DNA of 63,192 bases, filler included, from Reticulomyxa filosa (Eukaryota > Protista > Foraminifera), in assembly GCA_000512085.1 (NCBI GenBank). It is 22 parts of 22 records of this genome, joined end to end, with 100 filler letters (N's around TTAATTAATTAA, not from the genome) between each part and the next. Parts side by side here need not be neighbours in the genome. Positions count along the whole stretch, not along the records: positions 10,833 to 15,015 come from ASPP01007163.1; positions 15,116 to 16,620 come from ASPP01012665.1; positions 16,721 to 20,835 come from ASPP01015114.1; positions 20,936 to 23,197 come from ASPP01037102.1; positions 23,298 to 24,352 come from ASPP01027523.1; positions 24,453 to 31,214 come from ASPP01011051.1; 16 more parts are not named here. One strand, 5' to 3'. The position numbers were made by a program, and so were the translations under genes. Of the stretch, positions 12,771 through 25,693 are shown piece after piece. The first letter of the stretch is position 1. The number at the start of each line of letters is the position of its first letter. Below the pieces are notes generated by a model. That model worked only from the letters and a program-made list of their open reading frames with translations. It made no database searches and was not told the origin of the DNA.

Positions 12771-13713
12771 TCAAAGTTTTGATTTAGAAAGTTTTTTTTC
12801 ACTTTTTTTGTTGCTATTCATCTCAGCACCAATTTCTTGCAATCGTTGTTTACTCATTTCACAGCAACGCACTCTCGAAAATTCCTTCATGACATCTGAC
12901 TCAATTTGATTCGCGTGGTCAAGAATTTCACGAGATAAGTAGTTCTTCACAGACAAATACGCCTCCATGCAGTTGACTTTGACACTTAATGCTTCTTCAA
13001 TAGCTCGTTTCATGCACTCTTCGCGAGTATTGCACAAATAATCCAAGTATTGAAATTTTTCGAACATTTCTTTTGGTGTGTGAAATTGGCCTTGCAATAA
13101 TAGCTTCCAATTGCTTGTAGGTGACAATTTGTGTTTGAACGAAACGTATCCCAGGACTGGAAAGGGAATACCTGGAACCTCAGAACAACAAGACAATTTT
13201 TATCATTCTTTTATTACAAAATAATAGCAACTTTCTTATTTACAAAAAAATATAAAGCCAAAAAAAAATAAAATTGTTACCGCAATGAATTTCATTGACA
13301 CCAATCTTAATTTGATCATTATTCAATCCCACTCGTACATCAGATCCCAATCCAATAAAAAATCCACCAGCTATTGCATGTCCGTCAATAATGGCAATTG
13401 TTTTACGAGGAATAGCAAGCCACCTGCACATTGTGTTTGAAAACAAAGTGAACAATGCACTTGTTGACTTTTCATCACTTGCTGACACACTTTGTAAATC
13501 CATGCCAGCACTAAAAATTTTTTGTTTGCTATCGCTCACTAATATTATTGGCTTGTACTTTCCATATTTGTGCTCGTTTTTTGGATCACAAACTTCGTCC
13601 ATCATTGCTCCAAAGTCTTGCAGAGAGTGCAGATTCAGAAAATTTCCGGGATTTGAGTTCATTTTGACCAAAATGATTGAGCTATTCTCAATCAATTCTA
13701 TTTTCCAACCCAT
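12771..13713 (-). CDS. Enoyl-CoA hydratase/isomerase (crotonase) family protein, 2 exons
   Basis: FSAGMDL, IDGHAIAGG, IGVNE motifs; intron ~13175-13279. Confidence 0.85.
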
Positions 13714-14149
13714 TTGAAACTTTTTTTTTAATTGGTGTTAACAGCACAAAAATTAAAAAGGGCTTGTAACACCCTTTTTTTTAAAGTCGGTTATTCGTGT
13801 TTTTTAGCTAATATTAAAAAAGGTATGTTGAAGACCTTATGATTTATCTCGAATAAAGCTTGGAAAAAGATCAAGTTGTTTAAAAAAAAATATTGTGTTC
13901 TCCAAGAAAAAAATCATTCCTCATGACATTTTAAAGATGTAAAACGTAGCATTGCTTAAATTGGCTTTCTAAATGCTTTTATTCTTTTCACCACAAAAAT
14001 GAAAAGATAGCAGACATTCTGACTTTTATAAAAAAAAATAACGATGCAAAATTTTATGATTATTCTTCCTTGTCGTCTGTTTTTTTTTTTTCCAGTTGCC
14101 TCTTATTTTTTGTCCTTTCGTTCGTAAAAAAACGCACAGCGTAAAATGT

Positions 14150-14940
14150 GCTCCGATTACGCAGTTGCCAAAGCAATTGACTTACGAGTAGAACTGCCAT
14201 TATGATCATTGAATCCGATTTGAGATTCGTCCCAGTTGATTAATTTTTTAATTTCCTCACCGGATAGAGTTTCCTTTTGCAAAAGTTCTTGAGCCACCAA
14301 TTCCAGTTTATCTTTATGGCTGTTTCATGTGTATTACATATTTTGCAAAGAGGCATTTACAAAGGAGTGCATTGCGACACACACACACACACACAAAAGA
14401 AATTGCAAAACTGGAGAATGAGAGTCATAGCACGATTATAACTTTCATCCAACAATCGTTTGACTTCCGAGTTGATCAAGTTTTGTAGTTCAGGCGATAA
14501 TTTGGAAAGTTCATTGGTGGGATAGTAGACATGACCCACTTTTTCACTCATTCCATATTGACACACCATAGAGGTTGCAATTTGGGTGGCTTGGTTAAAA
14601 TCGGAAGAGGCGCCCGTGGTGATTTTGCAGGGGCCGCTGAAGATAGCCTCGCTAGCGCGTCCGCCCATGCAAATGTCTAGCTGCGCCATCAGAGCTTCTT
14701 TCGTGGACATGTATTCGTCAGAGTTCGAAGACGCGACAAAGCCCAAGGCGGGCCCTCGTGGCAGAATGGTTGCTTTGTAAATTGGCTTCGATCCTTTTGT
14801 AAATAGTGACACAATGGCATGTCCACTTTCGTGATACGCCGTCACGCGTGTGACTTCTGGAGACATTTGTGTAGTACGTGCTCGGCCCATTGAAATTATT
14901 TCTTTGGCTTCAGTCAAGTTCGACATTGAAATCTTTAAGT
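14150..14940 (-). CDS. FtsH/YME1-type ATP-dependent zinc metalloprotease, C-terminal peptidase M41 part
   Basis: TAYHESGHA (HExxH), ATILPRGPALG, MGGRASE, TTGASSDF, YGMSEKVG; last exon DKLELVAQELLQKETLSGEEI. Confidence 0.9.
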
Positions 14941-15130
14941 ATTTGAGTATTTGATTAGTAATATTAAATAACAAATAAATAAACACATATATGTACATAT
15001 ATATATATATATATANNNNNNNNNNNNNNNNNNNNNNNNNNNNNNNNNNNNNNNNNNNNTTAATTAATTAANNNNNNNNNNNNNNNNNNNNNNNNNNNNN
15101 NNNNNNNNNNNNNNNAAAAAAAAAAAAAAG

Positions 15131-16267
15131 GTGCGCGAGTTCATGAACGCATTGAAAGAATATATAATCAAAAAAAAAGGGGACGAATTTCGTCGACGCT
15201 TGTGGAAGCAGATGCAACAAGGCTCTCCTGTCTCTCCAGAACTTAACAACAAAACAAGTACTAGCACTGTCGATAAGTCGCAGGATGGCACCTCCCCTAC
15301 CGATAACGAACAGAGCCAGTCGGAAATAGTTGAGCCATACTTTTGCGTATATCACATATGTCATCCTTTCAACTCTTTTTTTTTTTTTGTTTGTTTGTTT
15401 CAATTAGGATATTTCATCGATTGATCTGGAAAAGCTGGGGCAAATTAACGACACTATCAACGCTCTAGTGGAGTGCGCCATTGAACAGACTGTGTTGCAA
15501 AGTAAACTCAGTGAACTCACAGTTTCTCAAAAATAATTATCTTGTCTTCCTCTCTTCGATAATAGTTATTTTTCATCTGCTTTTACAACATTGGACCTTT
15601 TTTTTTGCTTTGTGCGAAGGAAATTTGTGAAGAGATGACAAAAGACGAAACACGAGTGTTGAAAGCCAAGATAGTCAAATTGATCAAAGAAAACCAAAGC
15701 TTTTTTGGAATTAAAGTTTTGTCTTTTTTTTTTTATTCTTTGCAACATATCAGAATGCCTGCCTTTGTCTAATCACAGACATCGTTTCAAAATAATGATA
15801 ATTGGAGAAGTGCAGTGTATGAACTATCATTATTTAAGCACTGTCTATTACCATCTGAAAAAATTACTGCCTTGGTTAACACTGCTCGTGCTATTTATCA
15901 AGCACACGAAGACGCTTTGAAAGAAAAAGAAGCAGCGACTGGGGTGGCGAGAAAAGATGATAGCTTCATTACTGGGGATGATTTATTACCAGTTCCTTTT
16001 TTCTTTCTTTTTTTGTGCTACATTTTATTTTATGTGAGCCGATAGCAAAACGGATTCTGAATGTCACTCTGTTTTTGTTGCTCTCTTGTGTTGAAACAGA
16101 TCGTCATCTATGTCATTGTCAATTCTTCAAAAAATGAACCAATATTAACTGACAGAGATTTAATGTTATTAGAGGCGCTGGTTGATCCTGAGCTTCAACG
16201 ATCAGAACCTGGATATTATCTTACTGTATTTCATGCGGCCACGCAATGGGTTTTTGCTTATCAATAG
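15131..16267 (+). CDS. VPS9-domain Rab5-family GEF, 3' exons
   Basis: LPSEKITALV, ITGDDLLP|IVIYVIV, EPGYYLTVFHAA match VPS9 catalytic motifs; several introns. Confidence 0.85.
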
Positions 16268-16720
16268 CCATACTATCTTGGTTATTTTTATTTGTAGTTA
16301 CAATTTCAGTCATATTTTCAATAATGCTCAAATTACTGCTAGTTGTCTTTTTTTTCCGCACATATAAGGAGATTTTTTTTGTTTTGTCTTTTGGTTGTTT
16401 ATGAAACACTTTTAAAAAGTGGTTACTTGTTGATTTACAATGTGTGAAAATTTCTTTTTTACGTGAAAAGATTCCTTTGGCAAATGTATTTTCTTTGAAA
16501 TGTTAAACGCTATGCTTTTCTCTCCTTTGGGGCTGTGACAAAAATAATGTTGGTTGCTTCTCCTCCAACCGAATACAAAGAGTTAGCGAGAAAAAATTAA
16601 AAATCAAAACGATAATAAAGNNNNNNNNNNNNNNNNNNNNNNNNNNNNNNNNNNNNNNNNNNNNTTAATTAATTAANNNNNNNNNNNNNNNNNNNNNNNN
16701 NNNNNNNNNNNNNNNNNNNN

Positions 16721-16762
<42 letters not shown>

Positions 16763-16869
16763 CCGAAAAATCGGGAAAAAGGGAGGAAACAATTATTATT
16801 ATTTTTTTTTTAATAAAAAAAATTAATGCGTACTCATGATCAAAATGGGTATATAAAAAATACAGCACA

Positions 16870-17449
16870 AAACTTTTGCCATTTGACCAAACGTGCATTT
16901 TCTTTTCGCAATTTCAATCGATGGTCTGCTTCATTTATTTTGGACAGATCTTCGACTGGAAACCCATAGCGATCAATTGATACTGACAATAGGGGATTGT
17001 CATGTCCTTTTTTTTTTTTTGTGTGTGTGTGGTGTATTATCTTATTTTCGTTCCCGATCCCTCTCCCCTTTTTTCCTCCCCTCTCTTCCCAATGGCACAA
17101 CTTATATCTTCGCCTACACTTGGCCTGTAGTCCGCATCCTGCTTTAACGCATTCATGTCAGCCCAGTCTTCTTTTGTTAACGATATCTCCTCATTGTTGC
17201 CGCTTGGCGATGTTGGCAGAGTGTCGTCGAGATCATCCGTAATTGCTGTTTCAAACATTGTTATTGTTATGTTAAAAATGAAACGGAGTTTGTTTGAAGA
17301 GTTTGTATCATTATTGGCCAAAAAGTTTTTGGTTTGGTTTTTTTCTTTTCCAGTTCGTTGACAACCTTCAAAAAAAGATGAATGCCTATTTTCCACTGCA
17401 AAATACCTGAGGTAATTGTTATGGATACACCCTTATCGTTTGCTGTCAT
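16870..17449 (-). CDS. Probable Rab-GAP (TBC) protein N-terminal exons (partial)
   Basis: IDRYGF...KENARLVKWQK, typical of the segment preceding TBC domains; the TBC domain itself is beyond the contig end. Confidence 0.5.
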
Positions 17450-17669
17450 TTATGTAGATATGGCGTTTTTTTTTTTTTCCCCTTTTATCTTATACTTTCA
17501 GAAACTGTGCGAACACACAAATACCCGATAAGTTACAGTGTCGGAATATCATTTTTGCAAACCCAGAAAATCAATTAAACTCTTTTAGAATAAAAAAAAA
17601 AAAAAAAGTACAACATTTAATAAATCGAAGCTTTGGATTAGAAACGTTGATGCTAAGCGATCGAGGATA

Positions 17670-18486
17670 TTAAAAAGGGTTTTGGACAAGCTTGAGATAA
17701 GTGATGAGGAGAGATATTTTTGGCATAAACGGCGATTCTGCCACGGCCACCTGCATTGGGACGACATCTGACTCCAAATGGATCAAAATGGAGCCACCAC
17801 TACCTCCGCCGCCAGTGCCAGCCAGCCCAATGACTCCATCCTGTCGATTACAGCACAGTGAGCCCTGATTAAGAATCTGTTGTTGTATAACGAGCTCCAA
17901 GATTCCCCCTCCACTGCCACAGAACAGTTGTTTGCGCAATGTCTTTTCGTCATAGACTTCACCATGAGCTCCATGTTGTTTGCCATTGGAAGATCCACGT
18001 TCCGCATGTCCCGCGCCTCCGCCAAAGGTATACGTGGGTTTGGGTTCGCCTCCCTTGCCAGACTCCGAGTCGGAGCCAAAGCCCAGTGCAGAGCAGTCGA
18101 TGGCGGAGTGTTTGTGCTTAATCCACAAATGACTAGTCTGCAGTTTCAAAGTGTCCAATATCTGAAACGAGTATAGACTGTCCCAGCAGAAACACTCCGA
18201 ATCGAAACGTGTTCCATTCATTGTTTTTTAACAGCACCTTTTTGTTGTGTTCGACGACCAATAAGAAGTCCACGTTGTTTCGCAGCTCGTTCAAAAATGA
18301 TGCGAGGACGGTGACGACTGCAGCTGCAATATGTGGTCCACGGCCTCCTTGCATATGTCCTTTGGTTGTTTTGGTAATGGTTTTACTTGTCGAGCTTTTT
18401 CTATTTTGTTGTTCTTCTTGTTTCACTTGTTGCTCCTGCTCCGGTTTTCTTTTTTTTCCTCTCCATTGTCTTTATTATTGTTATTA

Positions 18487-18554
<68 letters not shown>

Positions 18555-19913
18555 CTTCTTTTTTTTTCGCTTTTTGCACTTGCTTTTTCGACAATTGTGA
18601 ATTGCTCGCTCTCAATTTCTTTTCCAACATCGTGATGCGCTTATTCTTCTGCTTCACATTGGCTTTCAATTCGGATATTTTCTTTGTCAGCTGTTCGTTC
18701 TTTTGACATGTCTTTCGCTTGTTTTGTACAGCTTTGTCTCCATTTCGTTTATTTTAGTCTAACACATATACATATACATATACATACATATATATGTATA
18801 TATATATATATATATATATGTATGTAAATATATGATATGTGACCCATTATCGTGTTGGTGTTACCCAAAGACATATCTGCAACAATTAAAAAAAAAAAAA
18901 AGGGGACAGACTTGAAGTTCTTGGCAGCGTTTATCTTTTTCAACAATCGCCGCAGAAAGACTATGTTCAACTTGATTCGACGCTTCCTTTTTTTTTTTTT
19001 TTTTTAAAAAAAAAAGTAGTGTGACATGGAGGCGCTTGACTTGTTTAAGTATGTTGGAGCGCATGTGTAACTACATGGTACCTGTTGCGCTGTAATATGT
19101 TCGGGCTTGGCATGCAATTGCAAGACTAAGGTTTGGATATGTTGCACTTGCGCATTGTTTTGTAGATGCAAATTCTTTATTTCTTCCTTCATACATCCAT
19201 AAATACGTACATACCTTTTTTTTTTTTTTTAAATGACCGTGTCTTGTTTATTAAAAAATTGAAGATAATTTAAAAAAAAAAAAAACTTGATATTGACGAA
19301 TAGTCAGCTGCAACTCTTGATTGTGCTGAAGAGCAAGATTGAAATGGACGTCGGCATGCAATTGTAAATGGTGTTTCCATGCGAAGGAGGGCACTAGCGT
19401 CTGACAGCCAAAGATGTAAAAGGGATAGGAGCGTTCCTTCCAAATGCAAAGCATACTTCCTTGATAGTCCCTTGGAATTGACACTCATTCCCTTGTGTCT
19501 CCTTAATGACTTCATACTTCATCTCTTCTTATTCCTTCCGACATTGTCTTCGACGGTGTTGGAGTTGTGATCGCTTTGGTCGTCATCGTCGTCTTTCTTT
19601 GCTTGGTATTGTCGCGGACATATCACTCGCAGATCATTCACTTTTTGTCTTGCCAGTCTTGTTTTCAAAAATTCACAGTTGCTATGATTGCCAATTGGAC
19701 ATTGGTTTTCATTCGCTTTCAAATACTCTTCCAAACATCTCTCTCCTGCTATCAGCCCTCTTGTCTCGTTCTCGTGCTCTTTGCATATCAACTCCACCGC
19801 GTCCTTCGCCACCTTTTCAGTTGATGCACCCAGTCTTTGATGTAGCAACGAGTGAGTTCAACATCCATTGAGTCGTCCTTCACTCCTTCTTCCATTTCTT
19901 CCAGTAATATCAT
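17670..19913 (-). CDS. RING/TRAF zinc-finger, coiled coil and Gly-rich domain protein (multi-exon, frameshifted; possibly pseudogene)
   Basis: AVELICKEH, GERCLEEYL..NENQCPIGNH, VICPRQY, C.YIFGC..; C-terminal SAIDCSALGF, GSGGGILELVIQQQILNQGSL, GGGGSGGSILIHL. Confidence 0.65.
18473..18553. repeat. (TAT)n microsatellite
   Basis: Long near-perfect tattattat run. Confidence 0.95.
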
Positions 19914-20327
19914 TTTTGAAATGGTTTATATCAAGGGAATTAATTTTTAGAGACAGAAAAAAGTAAACCGCTTGTTTTTTGGGCTCAACAAAACGAGTTT
20001 TTTTCCTTTCTTCATTTCTCTATCTCACAATTTACATTCCAAATAAACATTAAAGGAAACAAACTTGCAAATGATATTGCTGTACTCACAAAGCGAAATT
20101 GTTGAGTGGGCAAACACATAGCTTCTACACAAACCAGTTTGATGACCAAAAAAGCCAGTATTTGAAATCCAGACTTGAACTTTTGTTCGAGGGTTCTCTT
20201 TCCTTTTTTTTTTTTTTTTTTCCTTTTCAAGAAACTTTGAGGAAGGAGTTCCTGTTTTGCCTTTCATCAACACATTTAAAACTAATTTTTGGAAATAAAC
20301 ATCTAAGTCTCTCTGACATATTGGTTA

Positions 20328-20710
20328 ATGTTCTTGAACGACAATGAAAAGGAAGAAAGTGAAATGTTGAGCGATCAGAAAGAGCAGGAACATGTGGCAA
20401 CGACCACGTGGCCAATCCCGCCTTTGGAAATTCCAATACTCAAACTTATAAATAACGAAGGATCACCAGAGCCTTGGAGCGAGCTGCCTTTGTTGTTATC
20501 TGCCACACACAGTCCCAACGACGACAATGGGTCAATGTCAGCGTATGCGGACAGTTTCGATGACGAAAGAAACAAAGAGCAAGAGCAAGAGCAAGATCAA
20601 AAGCAAGAGCAAGAGCAAGAGCACGAGCACAAGCGGGACATGCATCAACTTGATACATTAATGAACAAGTTGTACCATCAGCTGGTGTGCAAATGGAGCA
20701 ACAAGTGCAA
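20328..20710 (+). CDS. Hypothetical acidic protein, first exon (EQ dipeptide repeat)
   Basis: Open frame with coding-like composition, then a T-rich intron-like tract. Confidence 0.45.
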
Positions 20711-20935
20711 GTTTTCTTTTATTTGGTTTTGTGATGTGTCTTTTTTTTTTTTTTTTTTATTTATTTATTTTGAAAAGAGGGAAGGACAAGAAAAAAAAAA
20801 AAAAGTATACGTATGTGCGATGGATAGAAACGAAANNNNNNNNNNNNNNNNNNNNNNNNNNNNNNNNNNNNNNNNNNNNTTAATTAATTAANNNNNNNNN
20901 NNNNNNNNNNNNNNNNNNNNNNNNNNNNNNNNNNN

Positions 20936-23197
20936 CAAAGATGGCATGTAAGCATATTTTGACACACGATAATCTCCTTCAATCACTTCTCGCTCTGGTT
21001 TACTCAATGTTTTCAAAGTACCACTCACTCCCATAATGCAATAGAAAGTTTTAGGGATTTCGGCATAAGAAAAATTGCCAATTCGAAAAGAAAGTGAAAT
21101 GTTATTTTTGAAACTTTCATCACTTATTTTTCTTTGTTCATATTCGTGGTAGTATGCGAACAAGGTTTTGTAACCATAACGAACGTTATAACAAATACTA
21201 TCCTGTTCTTTGTATCCAATCTTATTATTACTCACTTGATATCCATGAGATTTAAATGTTCGCACATCACTCAACATATCTTTGATCGCTTCGTCTAACA
21301 ATGCGTTCCATCTATTTAATACTTTACAGCACTGTTCATATTCTTGCGATCGTTTTACATCATTCAGTCGTGACAAGGATTTACGATGTTCCCAAATGTA
21401 ATCAATGAGTTTGGTAATTGCAACATGTCGCAAAGTGGCAGCAGGGGAATAACAACTGCCATAGAATTCTTTGTTGAAAAATACATCGACTTCATCAATC
21501 AATAACACTCTAGCACGAGTGACACGTGGTGTTTCTATACTCTTTTTTTCATCATCGGGGATAATCAAATTTTCCACAAGTTTGCGAACATCACCCCCTT
21601 CGCTGATGATATGTTCACAGAGTTTGTTGAATGTGCCATAATGAATGTGATCCACAACACCAAATGCATTAAACAGTGACTCAAAACTTTTAAAATCTCT
21701 GGAACTCAAATATTCACTGTATGATGCACAGCTCACATCAAATCCCAATAATGCCAATACACAAGATGCAACTGCAAGGGTTATAGATTTACCCTCTCCA
21801 GTTCCGATTTGAACTAAATTACTGACTAATCCAGGTTTGCTTCCTGTCCAATTACTGAAAAATTGTGGCTTGTTTTCATCAATTTTTTTTTGAAAACTGT
21901 AAAGAACTCTTTTATTTTCATCAATTCCCAACATGCGAAAGATTGCAATTATTTGTGCTACATGTGGTTGCAACAGATATAAATCTTGACCCTGCACTCC
22001 TTTTGCATCAAAAAAGAAATGTGCATTTTGCAATGTCCACACTGCAAAAATATAAGCCATTAACTCAGGCACCTTGTTGCGAGTGTTGGCATCCCATTTG
22101 ACGTTATCAGGTTTTTGTCCAATTTTGCCTATGGACATTTTGGCATTATTTACCAACAAGGTAATATTTGGTTCATATTCTTGTAAATTCTCTTTTGTCA
22201 ACCGTCTGTAAAGATCATTACATTTATTGAATTTTTCCTTTAAGTCGTAGGTGTCTATTTGATCATCTATAGCCCCAATTTTTTCTAACACGTAGTCAAT
22301 CCCATGTGACATTGTCTTCGAATTGAATAGAGCTACATTATATCCTTTAAATGCATTATGTTCAGCAACAATCATTTCACCAATTCCACTTGAGTCTTTT
22401 TCCAACTTCAGTGCGAGCATGGCAATACCAGTACCATCTTTGCGTTGCCTTTTATAGGTATTCAAGAATTCGTCGATGCGTTTGTTCACCATTTCTTTGA
22501 AGCCGAACATGTAGATAGACATTGTTTTCATGGCTAACAATCGTGGTATCACATTGTCTCCATTCAAATTGGTCATGGCATCACTTTCGAGTTTTTGCAT
22601 CCGATTTTTCACGATTGTGTCAATGGAATCGATGTGCAGTTTCACGACACTTGAAAGGACTCCGTTGTTTTGTATTGATACAAAACAATTGAAATACAGA
22701 TTGACCTGACTGCAATCATCCGGACTCCATACCGTGATTGCACTTATTCGTTTCATAAGGCCCTCTACTTCTTTTTCCAATTTGGCTTCGCAACTAGCTA
22801 ATTTTTGGGGATTGATAAGATGACTTTTCCATTGTGATACCCGTTTAATAAAGTCAATTTTTTCTTTGAGCTGACTAAAAAATCGAGCTCGTTCCATGTC
22901 GTTGCTTTTTGTCTTTTCATTGATAAGTCCTTCATTGATTATGTCATCCATCATCTTTTCCAAGCTCACATTAAGATCATGTGCTATTTCAGAATACGAC
23001 CAGAGCTTGCGGGTTGAAGAATCTTCAGGGATACCACACTCTACTTTTTTCTTCATAAATACTAGCACTTTTTGCAAAAATGGACCCTCCTTGCCGACTA
23101 TTTTCAGCTTATCCAATACTACATGCAATTCCTCAGCGTTCTTCGCATCCATACTCTTTTTATATCGTTCCTGAAACGAAGTAAAATAATCCAAAAT
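20936..23197 (-). CDS. SecA-like DEAD/SF2 ATPase domain protein with long helical N-terminal region (both ends truncated)
   Basis: Open across the whole contig; PHVAQ, QIGTGEGKS, YSEYLSSRD, IHYGTFNKL, LLIDEVD, GVSGT match SecA NBD1 motifs in order. Confidence 0.85.
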
Positions 23198-23297
23198 NNN
23201 NNNNNNNNNNNNNNNNNNNNNNNNNNNNNNNNNNNNNNNNNTTAATTAATTAANNNNNNNNNNNNNNNNNNNNNNNNNNNNNNNNNNNNNNNNNNNN

Positions 23298-24352
23298 GAC
23301 GACGACGACGATGAATGGGATAATCGAATGTATTACATGAATTACTCCGCTACCGTGTTCGAGTCAGTCACATATCTCAGACTTCGACTTTGGACCATGG
23401 CCAATCACAATCATAAACAACTGAACGTTCGAATGGGGGGCGCACTTTTGCTGGAAAATATTAAAAATGCCAAACTCACGCGGTCAGATTTGTCAATAAC
23501 AGCGCCACCGATGGCGGAGGCGCTCTCGCCGTCATCTCCTCCTCTTCCGTCGTCATTCAAAGCTCGCGATTCGAAAATTGCTATTCCGCCGACGGAGGGG
23601 CCATCTACTTTGCCAACACGCCCGAAACGTCGTGGCATACAATCATTCAAACTAAGATTATCAACTCGGTATTTAATAATAACACGGCCGAATTTGAAGG
23701 AGGCGTCATTCGCTTCAATGAGGGCTCCTTTTCCATTACCAACTGCACCTTTTCTAACAGTCATGCCAAAATGGGAGGCGTGCTCAGTTTGAACGATATC
23801 AACTATGCGCTCATCGACAACTCGGTCTTCGTCAACAACACCGCCCTCACCTCCGGCGGTGTCATCATGGAACTCGGCGTACTCAATTCCAATAGCATGA
23901 AACGCAACTTTTCTACCGTCGTTCGAAACTCGATCTTCAATTACAATCGCGCCTTCCTGTCCGGTGGTGTCATGTTCCTTGCCTCCCAAAGTTGGCTCAT
24001 CGAAAACTCTTCCTTCACCGGAAATCGCGCCGATGTCTTTGGAGGTTTTCTATTTCTGTTTCATTATGCTGTATATTGATTGTATGTGTGTATGTACAAG
24101 TCATTCATTTACATTTTTTTTTTTAAAAAAAAAAGGGGTCATTTTTCTACCCGCTGACAAGTCCAGTATTCATATTATGTCGTCCAGTTTCACCGCCAAT
24201 AAAGCCAATATGGATGGTGGCTGCTTTTATTTGACTGGGTTTGTCATAAATGTCTTCTTTCACTTATCCGTTATCAAATACAAGCAACACAACACAATTC
24301 AAATTGTAGGAGTTCTCCGTTTGAAGATCCAATACTTGTTACCATCAATGGT
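23298..24352 (+). CDS. Pmp-type (GGAI/FxxN) right-handed beta-helix repeat protein, partial, with introns
   Basis: After a frameshift at ~23485: FVNNSATDGGGAL, FENCYSADGGAIY, FNNNTAEFEGGVI, FVNNTALTSGGVI, FTGNRADVFGG|VIF, FTANKANMDGGCF. Confidence 0.8.
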
Positions 24353-24456
24353 NNNNNNNNNNNNNNNNNNNNNNNNNNNNNNNNNNNNNNNNNNNNTTAA
24401 TTAATTAANNNNNNNNNNNNNNNNNNNNNNNNNNNNNNNNNNNNNNNNNNNNGCAA

Positions 24457-25399
24457 ATGAACATTACTCCAAAATTTTCAACTTTTTCCTCTCAAAAAAA
24501 AAAAAAAAAAACAAAAACAAAAAAAAAAACAGAGTACACAAAACGTATCCCAAATGAAAGAACTCTGATCGACTATATTTTCATATACTCGCAATGGAGA
24601 GTCCAACTCGAAGAAAATACATTTTTGATCATTTATTTCGATTTTATTGGTAATGATATCAAATGGGATTGTGTACAATAACGATTTTCTTATATCAATC
24701 CATTTTCTTCCAACAATTTTTTTTTCACAAAAATCAAAGCTTACCTATAAACATCCCACGACAATTCACATATCGTCGTGTATTGTTCCCATTTGTGCAA
24801 GTTCATTTGCTTGTTTATATTTTGTGTATATGTTACCGTGTCAAATGAAATTGTCTTTTCAATTTGAATAAATGGATGTAATATGTTCGTTTGGTTATCA
24901 AATGTTGTTGATTTGACACCAAAATCCACTTTTGATATTGAATATTCAAAAATTTCGACATCGTCGTTTTCATCCGTGATGGAGCCATTTTTTCGCCTTG
25001 ACTGCGACAGAGGTCGTTTAAAATATAACACTCGCTCTATTTTTTTATTCAAATAATTTTGAGGAAAGTAAAATGCAAGAGAGGTATGAGAGAGGAAAAA
25101 AAAAGAGTCACATTGCACATACGTTGAAATTCGAAATGCCCATTTTTTAATAATGCATCTTCTGCATCACAGCGATTTGTAAACAGTGCCTTTCCTGTTC
25201 CTCGTTTTTTTCCTATCATATTGATGCTGACACGCTCTACCTTCAGCCCGTTGTTAATTAAAAAATCTCGTAGCTGTATTGCGTCAAAATTGAATCGGAT
25301 ATTCGAAATGAAAATGCTACGGCTTGGCACAAAGTATTTACTTTTGTGTATAGTGGGCTCAGCTCGCTTTTCATCTTCATATAGTAACTGCTCTTGCAT
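24457..25399 (-). CDS. RRM-domain RNA-binding protein, multi-exon
   Basis: SIFISNIRFNFDAIQLRDFL (RNP2-like) and KRGTGKALF (RNP1-like), then CDAEDAL. Confidence 0.6.
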
Positions 25400-25693
25400 T
25401 TTTTTTTGTGTACGGGAGCCACTTTTTTAAGCTGTCGGCCACAGCAACGCTCGTTTTGGCTTGGACTGTGGTACAAAATCAAAATCCAAGTTATTGTGAT
25501 CTTTAAAGTGTGATAAATCAAATGACTTCACTATATAATTTTTAATGTTTATACAATATCATCTGTGGAATTTTAATTTTGCATAAAGCATAAAGTATGC
25601 CAGAAAAAAGAAGTACTTCCTTTTGCCAAAATTTACAAATTACTTGAAAACAAAAAAAAGATGAATTTTTGGGGAAGAAGAAAAAAAAAAAAA

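Noticed and set aside
18209-18706. Poly-Tyr/Leu/Ile ORFs (also 28829-29408, 30062-30799)
   Set aside because: Shadow frames of (TAT)n microsatellites or antisense to poly-Asn coding tracts.
23411-23989. 192-aa minus-strand ORF
   Set aside because: Antisense shadow of the GC-rich Pmp-repeat gene, whose motifs are on the plus strand.
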